Below are positions 9,217-18,944 of a stretch of DNA of 64,000 bases, piece after piece. Source of the stretch: Fibrobacteria bacterium (GTDB taxonomy: Bacteria > Fibrobacterota > Fibrobacteria > UBA11236); contig JAYTHY010000046.1 in assembly GCA_043732185.1 (NCBI GenBank), positions 1 to 64,000 on the forward strand. Reading direction: 5' to 3'. Both the position numbers and the translations under genes were made by a program. The notes beneath the pieces were generated by a model, which was not told the origin of the DNA, ran no database searches, and saw only the letters and a list, made by a program, of their open reading frames with translations. Every line of letters begins with the position of its first letter. Position 1 is the stretch's first letter.

Positions 9217-10184
9217 GCATCCGTACATTCGTTCAATGTTTGGCTTTGGTTATCTTGACTGGCGCGAGCCGAACTTTCGCCCATGCCGGGCATACTGAAG
9301 CGCCCCAGGAGCAAACCGGCGCAGGAGGACCGGTCTTCCTATCGGAGGAGGCGGAAAAAAATCTAGACATCCAGACGGCGGAAGCCACCGTGCAAGCCAT
9401 CGAGAAAACCATAAAAGCCTCCGGAACCGCGCAGGCCATCCCAGGCACACGTGAAAACGTGGCCAGCAAGATTGCCGGAAGAGTGGTTGAACTCAAGGCC
9501 ACGCTGGGCCAGTACAAGAAGCAAGGAGAACCCCTGCTCATTTTGGAAGCGCGTCAGCTTTCGGAAACCCCTATTCGCGTTTCCGTCCTCGCGCCCCGCA
9601 GCGGAAAAGTGGTCAAACTCAATGTGATCAAAGGCGATGCTGTGGAAACGGGGACCTCCCTGCTTGAGATCGCCGATTATTCGGAGGTTTATGCGGTTGC
9701 GAAGGTGTACGAATCCCAGGTTGGTAGGATCACTAAAGGCATGCCCGCACGAATCTATTCTCCTGCGCTTAAGAATAAGGAATTGGACAGCAAGGTCGAT
9801 GTGATCGGATCCGAAGTGAACCCTCAGAGCCGCACCGTGGACGTATGGCTTCGGGTCAAAAACCAGAATGAACAATTGAAAATAAACATGACCGTGAGCG
9901 TCTTTTTCCTGGCCGATAAGGAAGATGAATCCATAGTCGTGCCGAAGTCGGCTTTACTAGGTTCGGGAGGCGAGCGCTTCGTTTTCGTCGTGGAAGGAAA
10001 CAAGTACACCCGTACCTCCGTTGTTACGGGTATCGAGAATGACAAGTGGATCGAGATTGTTGAAGGTCTCACGCCGGGGGATTCGGTTGTGACGCAAGGG
10101 AATTATCAATTGCAATTCGCCAAAACCAAACCGGCAACGGGTACCCCGGCAGAAGCTGGAAAACCCGGTTCCAAGGCGAAATGA
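9210..10184 (+). CDS. Efflux RND periplasmic adaptor (CzcB/CusB-like)
   Basis: Signal peptide ending AHAGH, lipoyl-like APRSG.V..L.V..GD.V, VPKSAL, GL.PGD.VV..G; overlaps tolC stop. Confidence 0.92.
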   Translation: MVSIRTFVQCLALVILTGASRTFAHAGHTEAPQEQTGAGGPVFLSEEAEKNLDIQTAEATVQAIEKTIKASGTAQAIPGTRENVASKIAGRVVELKATLGQYKKQGEPLLILEARQLSETPIRVSVLAPRSGKVVKLNVIKGDAVETGTSLLEIADYSEVYAVAKVYESQVGRITKGMPARIYSPALKNKELDSKVDVIGSEVNPQSRTVDVWLRVKNQNEQLKINMTVSVFFLADKEDESIVVPKSALLGSGGERFVFVVEGNKYTRTSVVTGIENDKWIEIVEGLTPGDSVVTQGNYQLQFAKTKPATGTPAEAGKPGSKAK

Positions 10185-10190
10185 GCCAAT

Positions 10191-13100
10191 ATGCTTAACT
10201 TAATCATCCGCTTTTCTCTCCGTAATCGGCTCCTTATTACGGCCCTGGCCGTCTTACTCACCGTGTACGGGACCTATGTGCTGCGCAAGCTCCCCGTGGA
10301 TGTCTTTCCGGATCTTAATCGTCCCACCGTTACCATTTTCACGGAAGCCTCTGGTCTTTCCCCGGAAGAAGTGGAAGCCTTAGTCGCCTATCCCATCGAG
10401 ACCGCCATGAACGGCGCCACAGGAGTCGAACGGGTTCGATCGGTCTCAACGCCCGGTCTGGGCCTGGTGTTCGTGGAGTTCGATTGGTCCACGGATATTT
10501 ATATCGACAGGCAGATCGTGGCCGAAAAACTTCAGAGCATCCGGGAAAATCTCCCGCCTTCCGTGAATCCGGTCATGGGACCCATCACGTCCATCATGGG
10601 CGAAATCATGCTTATCAGCGTCAGCGGCGATTCTACTTCACCGATGGATTTGCGAACCTTGTCGGACTGGACCATAAAACCCAGGCTACTCAGCATTCCC
10701 GGGGTGGCCCAAGTTATCCCCATTGGAGGCGATCTTAAACAATACCATATCCTCGTCTCGCCGGATAAGTTACGCCAGAACGGCGTGACCCTGCGTCAGG
10801 TCGAGGAAGCGGTCAAGAAGTCCAATACCAATTCTACAGGTGGATTCCTGGTGCAGGGATATACGGAAGCCGTGGTACGCAACCTCGGACGCGTAGAGTC
10901 CCTGGATGATTTGCGGAATACTGTCGTCGCGTTCCGGGACGGGCAATCCATCACCTTGGATCAGGTAGCGGATATCCGTTTCGGATCTCCGCAAAAAAGA
11001 GGATCCGGGGGATCGAATGCCAGGCCCGCCGTTATCCTGAGCGTTAAAAAGCAACCGGGCGCAAGCACCACCGACCTCACGGAAAAAGTCGATGCCGCCC
11101 TGAAGGATTTGCAAAAGACCCTTCCAAAGGGCGTTGAAATCAATGCCAACCTATTCCGCCAATCCAATTTCATAACTACCGCCATCGGCAATGTCGAAGA
11201 CGCCTTGCGTGACGGGAGCATCCTGGTTGTCATCGTCCTCTTTTTCTTTCTCCTGAATTTCCGGACCACCTTCATCACCTTAACGGCCATTCCGTTGTCC
11301 ATTCTGATTACCGTACTGGTCTTCAAGATCTACGGCATTTCCATCAATACCATGACCCTCGGGGGTTTGGCCGTCGCCATCGGAGAGTTGGTTGATGACG
11401 CCATCGTGGGAGTCGAGAACGTATTCCGCAGATTAAAGGAGAACAGCGCGAAACCCAATCCGGAGCCGGTCCTGGACGTCATATACATCGCATCCTCGGA
11501 GGTCAGGAATTCCATCGTCTTCGCGACCTTGATCGTAGTGCTTGTCTTTATCCCATTGTTTTCATTGGGTGGGATAGAAGGACGCATCTTTGCCCCGCTG
11601 GGCATCTCCTATATCCTTTCGATCCTGGCGTCGCTGCTGGTTTCCCTCACGGTCACTCCCGCATTATGCGCCTATCTGCTTCCCAATGCGAAGTTTTTGC
11701 ATAAGGAAGCGGATGGGCCGTTGGTCCGCTTCCTCAAGAACTGGAATCGGAAATATCTTTTGGAACCAACCATCAGCCGACCTTGGTTGTCCCTATCCAT
11801 AGCCCTGGTACTTTTGGCAGCGGCCGTCGCGTCCTTTCCATTTCTGGGAAAAGAATTCCTACCGCCATTCAACGAAGGCACGGCGACAATCAATGTCCTT
11901 TTGCCGCCGGGAACCTCGCTTCCCGAATCGGATCGCATCGGCATATTGGCTGAAAAATTAATCCTCAAAGTGCCGGAAGTCCTGTCGACTGGGAGGCGGA
12001 CCGGCCGGGCTGAAGAGGATGATCATGCCGAAGGGGTCCACTCAGCGGAAATCGACGTGGATTTGAAGCCCAGTAAAAGAAAGCGGGAAGTCATACTCGG
12101 GGATATCCGCAAGAATCTCGATTTGATACCGGGTATCGCCATCAATATCGGTCAGCCCATCTCCCATCGCATCGATCATCTGTTGTCCGGTATACGCGCC
12201 CAAGTGGCCATCAAGCTCTATGGCGACGACCTGGGAACATTACGGCAAAAGGCGGATGAAATCGAAGGACAATTGAAAACCGTTCGTGGCGTAGTGGATT
12301 TATCCGTCGAAAAGCAGGTTCTCATTCCTCAGATTTCTGTAAAGCTAAATAGGGACGAACTGAAGCGCTATGGCCTACAACCAGGTGACATAACGGAACT
12401 CATCCAAACAGCATTGGGCGGTGAAAAAGTTTCCGAGGTCCTGGAAGACCAGAAGCGTTTTTCCATGGTCGTCCTGCTGGACAAGGATAGTCGCGCCGAC
12501 ATGGAAAAAATAGGCTCGATCCTGGTGGAGCTTCCGAGCGGGGATCAAATCCCTCTGAATATGGTCGCGACAATCCTGCCTGCCGTGGGACCCAACCAGA
12601 TTTTGCGTGAAAACGTCCGGCGGCGCATCGTTATCCAATGCAATACTAGCGGCCGCGATCTGGGCTCCGTCGTTAATGACATCCAGAAGGTGATAGGCGA
12701 AAAAGTCCAATTGCCGACTGGATATTTCATCGAGTACGGCGGACAATTCGAAAGTCAAAGGGAGGCCAGCCGAATGATTGGGCTTCTCAGTATTTTCTCG
12801 CTATTGGGGATGTTCCTCGTACTATTCATGCACTTCCGTTCCGTCAAGCTTGTCATGTTCATCATGCTCAACATCCCCTTCTCCATGATCGGCGCCGTAC
12901 TCGCCCTTTGGCTTACGACCCGGACCTTCTCCATCGGTTCCCTGGTGGGATTCGTCACCCTTTGCGGCATCTCCGCCCGCAATGGCATCATGATGGTCTC
13001 GCATTACCTCCATCTGCTTCGGGAGGAAGGAGAAACATGGACACCGCATATGATCACGCGGGGCGCTTTGGAGCGCTTGGTTCCCGTCCTCATGACGGCC

Positions 13101-13328
13101 TCAACCGCGGCCTTGGCTCTTATCCCTCTCATCCTGTCGCCTAGCGAACCTGGTAAGGAAATCCTGTATCCGGTCGCCGTCGTCATCTTTGGCGGACTGA
13201 TCAGTTCAACCTTGATGAACATTGCTTTGGTCCCAACCATGTTTTGGAATTTTGGTCAAAAGGCCGTGGCTCACCTTCTGGAAAAAGATAAGGCTGAAGC
13301 CTCAGAAAGGAAGGGCAACACGAATTAA
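10191..13328 (+). CDS. CusA/CzcA family heavy-metal efflux RND permease
   Basis: LPVDVFPDL, GLSPEEVE, TM4 AIGELVDDAIVGVEN, ERLVPVLMTA; 1045 aa. The substrate metal cannot be resolved from sequence. Confidence 0.95.
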   Translation: MLNLIIRFSLRNRLLITALAVLLTVYGTYVLRKLPVDVFPDLNRPTVTIFTEASGLSPEEVEALVAYPIETAMNGATGVERVRSVSTPGLGLVFVEFDWSTDIYIDRQIVAEKLQSIRENLPPSVNPVMGPITSIMGEIMLISVSGDSTSPMDLRTLSDWTIKPRLLSIPGVAQVIPIGGDLKQYHILVSPDKLRQNGVTLRQVEEAVKKSNTNSTGGFLVQGYTEAVVRNLGRVESLDDLRNTVVAFRDGQSITLDQVADIRFGSPQKRGSGGSNARPAVILSVKKQPGASTTDLTEKVDAALKDLQKTLPKGVEINANLFRQSNFITTAIGNVEDALRDGSILVVIVLFFFLLNFRTTFITLTAIPLSILITVLVFKIYGISINTMTLGGLAVAIGELVDDAIVGVENVFRRLKENSAKPNPEPVLDVIYIASSEVRNSIVFATLIVVLVFIPLFSLGGIEGRIFAPLGISYILSILASLLVSLTVTPALCAYLLPNAKFLHKEADGPLVRFLKNWNRKYLLEPTISRPWLSLSIALVLLAAAVASFPFLGKEFLPPFNEGTATINVLLPPGTSLPESDRIGILAEKLILKVPEVLSTGRRTGRAEEDDHAEGVHSAEIDVDLKPSKRKREVILGDIRKNLDLIPGIAINIGQPISHRIDHLLSGIRAQVAIKLYGDDLGTLRQKADEIEGQLKTVRGVVDLSVEKQVLIPQISVKLNRDELKRYGLQPGDITELIQTALGGEKVSEVLEDQKRFSMVVLLDKDSRADMEKIGSILVELPSGDQIPLNMVATILPAVGPNQILRENVRRRIVIQCNTSGRDLGSVVNDIQKVIGEKVQLPTGYFIEYGGQFESQREASRMIGLLSIFSLLGMFLVLFMHFRSVKLVMFIMLNIPFSMIGAVLALWLTTRTFSIGSLVGFVTLCGISARNGIMMVSHYLHLLREEGETWTPHMITRGALERLVPVLMTASTAALALIPLILSPSEPGKEILYPVAVVIFGGLISSTLMNIALVPTMFWNFGQKAVAHLLEKDKAEASERKGNTN

Positions 13329-13408
13329 CCCTTGGCACCAACCTTGCTCTCTGTCTCAATGTCTCTCTGTACTGTGTATTTTCAACCATTCATCACTAGG
13401 AGTAAATT

Positions 13409-13879
13409 ATGAAGAACACGAAATTGACACTGCTGTCCACCTTCTTTGCAGCCACCCTATGTACCGTTCCCACCATTCAGGCGAACGAGAAGGGCGAGGC
13501 CGCACACGATTCGGCTATGTCTAGATCACCGGAAATGCATATCAATCCCACCGAAGGATTGAAAAATATGCATGCCCAGCTGGATAGCGCGGACAAGTAC
13601 TTGGCAGCAGGCAAACTTGATCGTATGCATGTTTTCGCCGAAGCCATCGAGGGAGCCGTCGTCGGAATCGACAAAGACACATCCCTAGATGCCATGAAGC
13701 AGAAACGTGTTTCCGGTTGCGTGAAAAATATCGCCAAGCTGGCGAAGGAGTTGGACGAAAACGGCGATGCCAACAAATTGGAGGAGACCCGTAAAACGAT
13801 TAAAAAGCTAAAGGCCCAGGCAGAATTGTTGGAAAAACAGTTCAAGAGTAAAGCCGGCAAGGAAGATCACCATAAATAA
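13409..13879 (+). CDS. Secreted helical His/Met-containing protein
   Basis: AGGAG SD, signal peptide, amphipathic helices; distant paralog of 19617..20141. Confidence 0.75.
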   Translation: MKNTKLTLLSTFFAATLCTVPTIQANEKGEAAHDSAMSRSPEMHINPTEGLKNMHAQLDSADKYLAAGKLDRMHVFAEAIEGAVVGIDKDTSLDAMKQKRVSGCVKNIAKLAKELDENGDANKLEETRKTIKKLKAQAELLEKQFKSKAGKEDHHK

Positions 13880-14015
13880 CGGAATGCGATATCACCGTAA
13901 TATCATTGGGTGATTCCGAAGCTGCCGGCGATTTGAAAACCGGCGGTTTCTCCTATTTTTCATAGTAGTTCTAGAATTGAAATCAAATACACAAACGAAG
14001 AAAGCGAGGTCGAAA

Positions 14016-15080
14016 ATGGCCTTTCAAGTCCTGATTCGGGCTTTAGGTGCCATAACTCTATTGGCACTTTCTGGATGCTCAATAAAAATGAATGACGGTG
14101 CGATGGGAAATCCCTCCACGGTTGCCATACCAATAATTACCTCCGATGCGCTCTATGTCGTTAATGGAGGGAGCAATTCTTTGACGGTCATAAATACCTC
14201 TACCAACGAAGTGGCAGGAACCATTGTGCTCAAGGATGTTACCTTTCCTCACCACCTTTCTTTGAGCCCGGATCGGGGGTCCCTGTCCTTGGCCGTGCCA
14301 GGCATGGACCTCAGCGCGGGACACGATGGGGGCGGAATGGCCATGAAAATGAAAGGCGCAATACTCAACCTCGACGCCGCCACAGGACAAACCAAGGTCA
14401 GCCGCTTGCTGGACGCACCAAATCATAATGGTGCATTTTCCCCGGATGGCAAGGAGGTGTGGACGTCACAGATGATCATGTCAGGGAATATCCTGGTATT
14501 GGATGCTGTTACGCTCACGACCATCAAGATTATCGACGTTGGTGATATGCCCGCCGAAGTCACCTTTTCCAGCGACGGCAAGTATGCCTTCGTTGCCAAT
14601 GGGATGTCCAACAACGTGACGATAATCGACGTCGCCATGAAAACGGTACTCAAGACGCTTTCGGTGGGCATGAATCCCGTCGGCGCTTGGCCAGGGCCGA
14701 ACGGCATGATGTATGTCGATAATGAAAAGAGCAAAACCTTGACTGTCATCGATGGAGCGAAGCTCGATGCCGTCAAAACCATCAATCTAGGATTCATGCC
14801 AGGCATGGCGGCCATCGCACCCAATGGAGAGCTGTGGGTGACGAATGCGGAAGACGGTAAGGTTGTCTTTTTTTCGGCCACGGATGGTTCGAAGTCAGGT
14901 GAACTGGCCACGGGAGCGAATGCCCATGGCATAGCCTTCGCCGGTGATGGGAAAACCGCTTATGTTTCCAACCAAGGGGCCGGAACCGTTAGCGTCATAG
15001 ATATTCTTTCAAAAGCTTTGGTCAAAAATATTCCGGTCGGGGCGGAACCAAATGGAATGGCTTTTAGGAAAATGCCTTAG
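14016..15080 (+). CDS. YncE/YVTN beta-propeller lipoprotein, Met-rich
   Basis: Lipobox LSGC; YVVN..SN.LTVI, FVAN..SN.VTIID, YVSN....TVSVID repeats; GAGGT SD before ATG 14016. Confidence 0.88.
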   Translation: MAFQVLIRALGAITLLALSGCSIKMNDGAMGNPSTVAIPIITSDALYVVNGGSNSLTVINTSTNEVAGTIVLKDVTFPHHLSLSPDRGSLSLAVPGMDLSAGHDGGGMAMKMKGAILNLDAATGQTKVSRLLDAPNHNGAFSPDGKEVWTSQMIMSGNILVLDAVTLTTIKIIDVGDMPAEVTFSSDGKYAFVANGMSNNVTIIDVAMKTVLKTLSVGMNPVGAWPGPNGMMYVDNEKSKTLTVIDGAKLDAVKTINLGFMPGMAAIAPNGELWVTNAEDGKVVFFSATDGSKSGELATGANAHGIAFAGDGKTAYVSNQGAGTVSVIDILSKALVKNIPVGAEPNGMAFRKMP

Positions 15081-15129
15081 CATCAACGATGAAATTATTG
15101 AAACCAAATACCGAGGAGACGAAATAATC

Positions 15130-16296
15130 ATGGAATTAAAAAACCTTGGATTTCTGGCTGCTATCCTCCTTTTCGTTACGGGTTGTCTGAAGCAGGAAAG
15201 TTCCCCAACCGGACCAGCTGCCAATGCCCCATTCCAATCCATTTATAAGCCCATCAAAAGGGAATACTGGATCACCACGGAAACGACATTCAAATGGGAT
15301 ATGGTGCCGGGGGGTGAAGCCATGATGACCAATGATGTCATTACCCCCGAACGACGCTACCTCTATAAAACCATCCGGTATGTGCAATCCGACAGTCAGT
15401 GGAATACGCTCTCCCTACCCGAATGGCAGCAGCTCTCCGGTCCCATCATCCGGGCCACCGTAGGGGATTCCGTGCTGGTCCACTTCAAGAATGGCTCGAA
15501 CACGGGAATGCCCCTGAGCATACATCCACATAATCTTTTCTATAACGAAGCCAATGAGGGTGTATGGAGGAAGGACCGGCCCAAAGATTGGCCTGAGCAA
15601 GGGACGGCGGGAGGATCCGTCCAACCCGGAGGCGAGTTCCTTTATCACTGGAAAGCCGAAGCGAAGTCCGTTGGGGTTGGCCCCTATCATAGCCACTCCT
15701 TCCACCCCGCGGAAGAACTCTCACTGGGTCTTATCGGAACGATCATTGTTGATGAGCCCCCCGATCATCCGGAATACGTGAAGTTCGATACCACAATCGC
15801 ATTGATCTTTAAGACTTATCTGGCGAGGGTTTCCCCAATGGATACCACCGTGAAGGATTCCACAAAAAAGGATACCTGCACGCCGCCCCTTATACCCTGG
15901 AATGGCGGCTGCCATCCGAGAGAACACGTGCCCAAAGATCAATGGCCGGAAAATATCGTGGACTCATTGGCCCATGGGGGTGGACCGGAAGTGCATACAA
16001 TCAACGGGATTGCTTATGCCAATCTTAAAGGGCTGAGTTTCAAAAAAGGCCAAAATATCAGGTTCGTCGTGGTGGCGATGGACGATGAAGGAACACAAAA
16101 CCACACTATCCATTTCCACGGAGAAATGCTCCAGGAAATGACGCGGACAAATCTATACAAGGACGTGTTCGATCTTCCTTCTGCCGTGGCAATCGATTTG
16201 ATAATGAAGGCCGAAAATGTGGGTAAGTGGATGCTTCATTGCCACGTCGAGCATCACGCTTCGGAAATGATGGCAACTTACGAGATCAGGGAATAA
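15130..16296 (+). CDS. Two-domain multicopper oxidase lipoprotein (small-laccase, type B-like), copy 1
   Basis: Lipobox VTGC; GPIIRATVGD, SIHPH, YHSH (domain 1); HTIHFHG and HCHVEHHASEMM (type 1 Cu site in domain 2). Confidence 0.9.
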   Translation: MELKNLGFLAAILLFVTGCLKQESSPTGPAANAPFQSIYKPIKREYWITTETTFKWDMVPGGEAMMTNDVITPERRYLYKTIRYVQSDSQWNTLSLPEWQQLSGPIIRATVGDSVLVHFKNGSNTGMPLSIHPHNLFYNEANEGVWRKDRPKDWPEQGTAGGSVQPGGEFLYHWKAEAKSVGVGPYHSHSFHPAEELSLGLIGTIIVDEPPDHPEYVKFDTTIALIFKTYLARVSPMDTTVKDSTKKDTCTPPLIPWNGGCHPREHVPKDQWPENIVDSLAHGGGPEVHTINGIAYANLKGLSFKKGQNIRFVVVAMDDEGTQNHTIHFHGEMLQEMTRTNLYKDVFDLPSAVAIDLIMKAENVGKWMLHCHVEHHASEMMATYEIRE

Positions 16297-16338
16297 GAAT
16301 TTAGAAATCAACGCGTATTCAACGAGAAGGTAAATCTA

Positions 16339-16662
16339 ATGCAACTCAGAAAAATCGAAGCCTACGTCCGTAGAGAGCGGCTTTCGTTTATTCTCATGGG
16401 CCTGGACAAACTCCCCAAGTTCCCGGGAATTACGGTCCTTGACTGCCAGGGTTTCGGCAACGAGCATCAGCCAAAGACCCACGCCCGGATTGTAGAATAC
16501 CTCCTTGAACCCTTTCGCCATGCCAAACTTGAAATATTCTGCCCCGAAGATGAAATGGGTCGAATTATTGGAGTTGTTAAGGAACAATCCGGGACCAAAG
16601 AAGGAAGCCATGTTAGGATTTTCGTATCTGAATTGGGAGAGTTCGAGGAAGTTAAGAGATGA
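16339..16662 (+). CDS. P-II family protein, degenerate
   Basis: KIEAYVR..RL, GITV....GFG, KLEIF, RIFVS pattern; B-loop lacks the TG..GDGKIF consensus. Confidence 0.8.
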   Translation: MQLRKIEAYVRRERLSFILMGLDKLPKFPGITVLDCQGFGNEHQPKTHARIVEYLLEPFRHAKLEIFCPEDEMGRIIGVVKEQSGTKEGSHVRIFVSELGEFEEVKR

Positions 16663-16693
16663 CAACCTTGTTGGATAATATTTTGAACCCTAT

Positions 16694-17686
16694 TTGGCGG
16701 GGCTTCAAATAGCCCGCCTTCTATTTTTCATCCTCTTTATCTTGAATACTATGTACGCATTCGCTGGACGCTGGGTCGTTCACGATATAAGAAACATTCC
16801 CGGCAAAGAGGTCAACGTAGTTGTCGGAGACCGGAACGGAAATAAATGGATTGGAACAAATAAAGGCCTTGCGGAGTTGACCTTTTCCGGGGAGTGGAAG
16901 CTGTTCAACAGGAAAAACACCAATGGAAATCTGAATTCGGATTCAATCACTTGTTTAGCCGTGGATTCCAAGAATAATATTTGGATTGGAACCAGGGGAG
17001 GAGGGGTTTCCGTCTTTGGCTATGGGTTATGGAAGAATTTCACTTCGGAAGGTACCAGCGGGTCACTTCCTGACAATTGGATTACGGCAATCGATATCGG
17101 TAGTGACGGTGATGTTTGGGTCGGCACTTACAACGGATTCGCGAAACTTCGTGGGATGAACTGGACTAGTTTTTCCGGTGATAAGATCTCCGGACACCTT
17201 CCCAGTAAAATAGTGACTGCCCTGGCGGTGGAGGGTGAGTCCAATGTGTGGATCGGAACCGCCGGCGGGCTTGTCCATTTTTACCGGTCGGAGTGGGAGA
17301 TTTACAAAAAAGAAAATACCTCAGGTGGATTGCCTCACAATAGCATCACCTCAATTTCAATATCGCCTTCGGGAACAAAATGGATTGGAACATATCGTGG
17401 AGTTGGAAGGCTTTCTGGTTCTGCGTGGAATTCTTTTCCGAATGTTAAAATGCCAGATGAATTACGTGAGGCGCATATTTACCAGGTTAATGCGGACAAA
17501 AAAGAGGATGGTTGGGTTTCATTCAAGGGTGGAGCGGCGCATTGGAATGGAAATTCCTGGAAAATATTTACCAAAGAAAATACCGGAGGCGGGATTTCCA
17601 CAGGTTATGTCTATGCCACCTATCCCGAGGAGAATGGCCAAATATGGTTTGGAACTAGGGAAGGGTTGACCCAGTATATTCCGTAG
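16694..17686 (+). CDS. Stand-alone two-component-regulator-type beta-propeller (Reg_prop repeats), secreted
   Basis: Repeated LP.N.IT.I..D..G..WIGT..G motifs; signal peptide; no kinase domain. Start uncertain. Confidence 0.8.
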   Translation: MAGLQIARLLFFILFILNTMYAFAGRWVVHDIRNIPGKEVNVVVGDRNGNKWIGTNKGLAELTFSGEWKLFNRKNTNGNLNSDSITCLAVDSKNNIWIGTRGGGVSVFGYGLWKNFTSEGTSGSLPDNWITAIDIGSDGDVWVGTYNGFAKLRGMNWTSFSGDKISGHLPSKIVTALAVEGESNVWIGTAGGLVHFYRSEWEIYKKENTSGGLPHNSITSISISPSGTKWIGTYRGVGRLSGSAWNSFPNVKMPDELREAHIYQVNADKKEDGWVSFKGGAAHWNGNSWKIFTKENTGGGISTGYVYATYPEENGQIWFGTREGLTQYIP

Positions 17687-17756
17687 ACACGTTTTTTTTA
17701 AAAAAGGTGTTCAGAATGAAACCGTAGATTTTCAAAGGCACAAACGCCCAAGGAGA

Positions 17757-18935
17757 GTGCAAGTGAAACCAAACCGAATCATACGTCTTTGCCTCGCAGC
17801 CCCGTTATTTTTCCTTTCCGGCTGCCTGACCAAGGAAAGTTCAACCACCGGCCCGGATGCCTCACCCGCATTCACATCCAGCTATTCTCCCGTTAAAAGG
17901 GAGTACTGGGTCAGCACTGAAACCAAGTTCAAATGGGACATGGTGCCGGATGGGGAGGCCATGATGACAAATGACATCATATATCCGGAAAGACGTTACT
18001 TGTATAAAACCATCCGTTACGTCCAAACGGATAGCCAGTGGAATGTACTCCCGCAACCCTCATGGCAGCAGCTTTCCGGACCTATCATACGCGCGACGGT
18101 AGGCGACTCGGTTATCGTTCACTTCAAGAATGGCGCCAATACCGGAATGCCGTTGAGCATGCATCCTCATAACCTGGTCTATGATGAAGCCAATGAAGGC
18201 GTCTGGAGAAAGGATCGACCCAAGGAATGGCCTGAAGGAGGCACCGCGGGTGGCTCAGTGAAGCCGGGTGATTCCTTTACTTATAAATGGAAGGCCGAGG
18301 AGAAGTCGGTCGGCGTAGGTCCCTACCACAGTCATTCCTTCCATCCCGCGGAAGAGATCGCCTTCGGGCTAATCGGAACAATCATCGTGGACCAGCCGCC
18401 GGATCACCCCGACTATGTGAAGTTCGACAGCACCATCGCGCTGGTTTTCAAATCCTACTTGGCAATGGTCGCTCCCATGGATTCAAGCATGAAGGACACG
18501 ACCAAGAAAGACACCTGCACGCCGCCCCTCATTCCATGGAATGGAGGATGCCATCCCAAAGAGCATGTACCCCAAGATCAATGGCCCGAAAACATCATCG
18601 ACTCAATGGCACATGGAGGCGGTCCCGAGGTACATACCATAAATGGAATCGCGTATGCCAATCTCAAAGGTCTGGTTTTTAAAAAAGGACAGAACATCCG
18701 ATTCGTCGTGTTCGCAATGGATGATGAAGGAACACAGAATCACACGGGTCATTTCCACGGCGAAATGCTTCGGGAAATGTCCCGGAAGAACCTCGTTAAA
18801 GACGTATTCGATCTTCCCTCCGCAGTGGCGATGGACCTGATGATGAATGCGGAAAATGTGGGGAAGTGGATGCTGCACTGCCACGTAGAACATCATGCGT
18901 CCGAAATGATGGCCACCTATGAAATCTCAGAGTAA
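17757..18935 (+). CDS. Two-domain multicopper oxidase lipoprotein, copy 2
   Basis: Lipobox LSGC; SMHPH, YHSH, HTGHFHG, HCHVEHHASEMM; AGGAG SD before GTG. Confidence 0.9.
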   Translation: MQVKPNRIIRLCLAAPLFFLSGCLTKESSTTGPDASPAFTSSYSPVKREYWVSTETKFKWDMVPDGEAMMTNDIIYPERRYLYKTIRYVQTDSQWNVLPQPSWQQLSGPIIRATVGDSVIVHFKNGANTGMPLSMHPHNLVYDEANEGVWRKDRPKEWPEGGTAGGSVKPGDSFTYKWKAEEKSVGVGPYHSHSFHPAEEIAFGLIGTIIVDQPPDHPDYVKFDSTIALVFKSYLAMVAPMDSSMKDTTKKDTCTPPLIPWNGGCHPKEHVPQDQWPENIIDSMAHGGGPEVHTINGIAYANLKGLVFKKGQNIRFVVFAMDDEGTQNHTGHFHGEMLREMSRKNLVKDVFDLPSAVAMDLMMNAENVGKWMLHCHVEHHASEMMATYEISE

Positions 18936-18944
18936 GGAATCGAA

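Noticed and set aside
15130..18935. Copper nitrite reductase (nirK)
   Set aside because: NirK has its type 1 Cu Cys in domain 1. Here domain 1 is YHSH and the HCH site is in domain 2 with the full set of HxH motifs.
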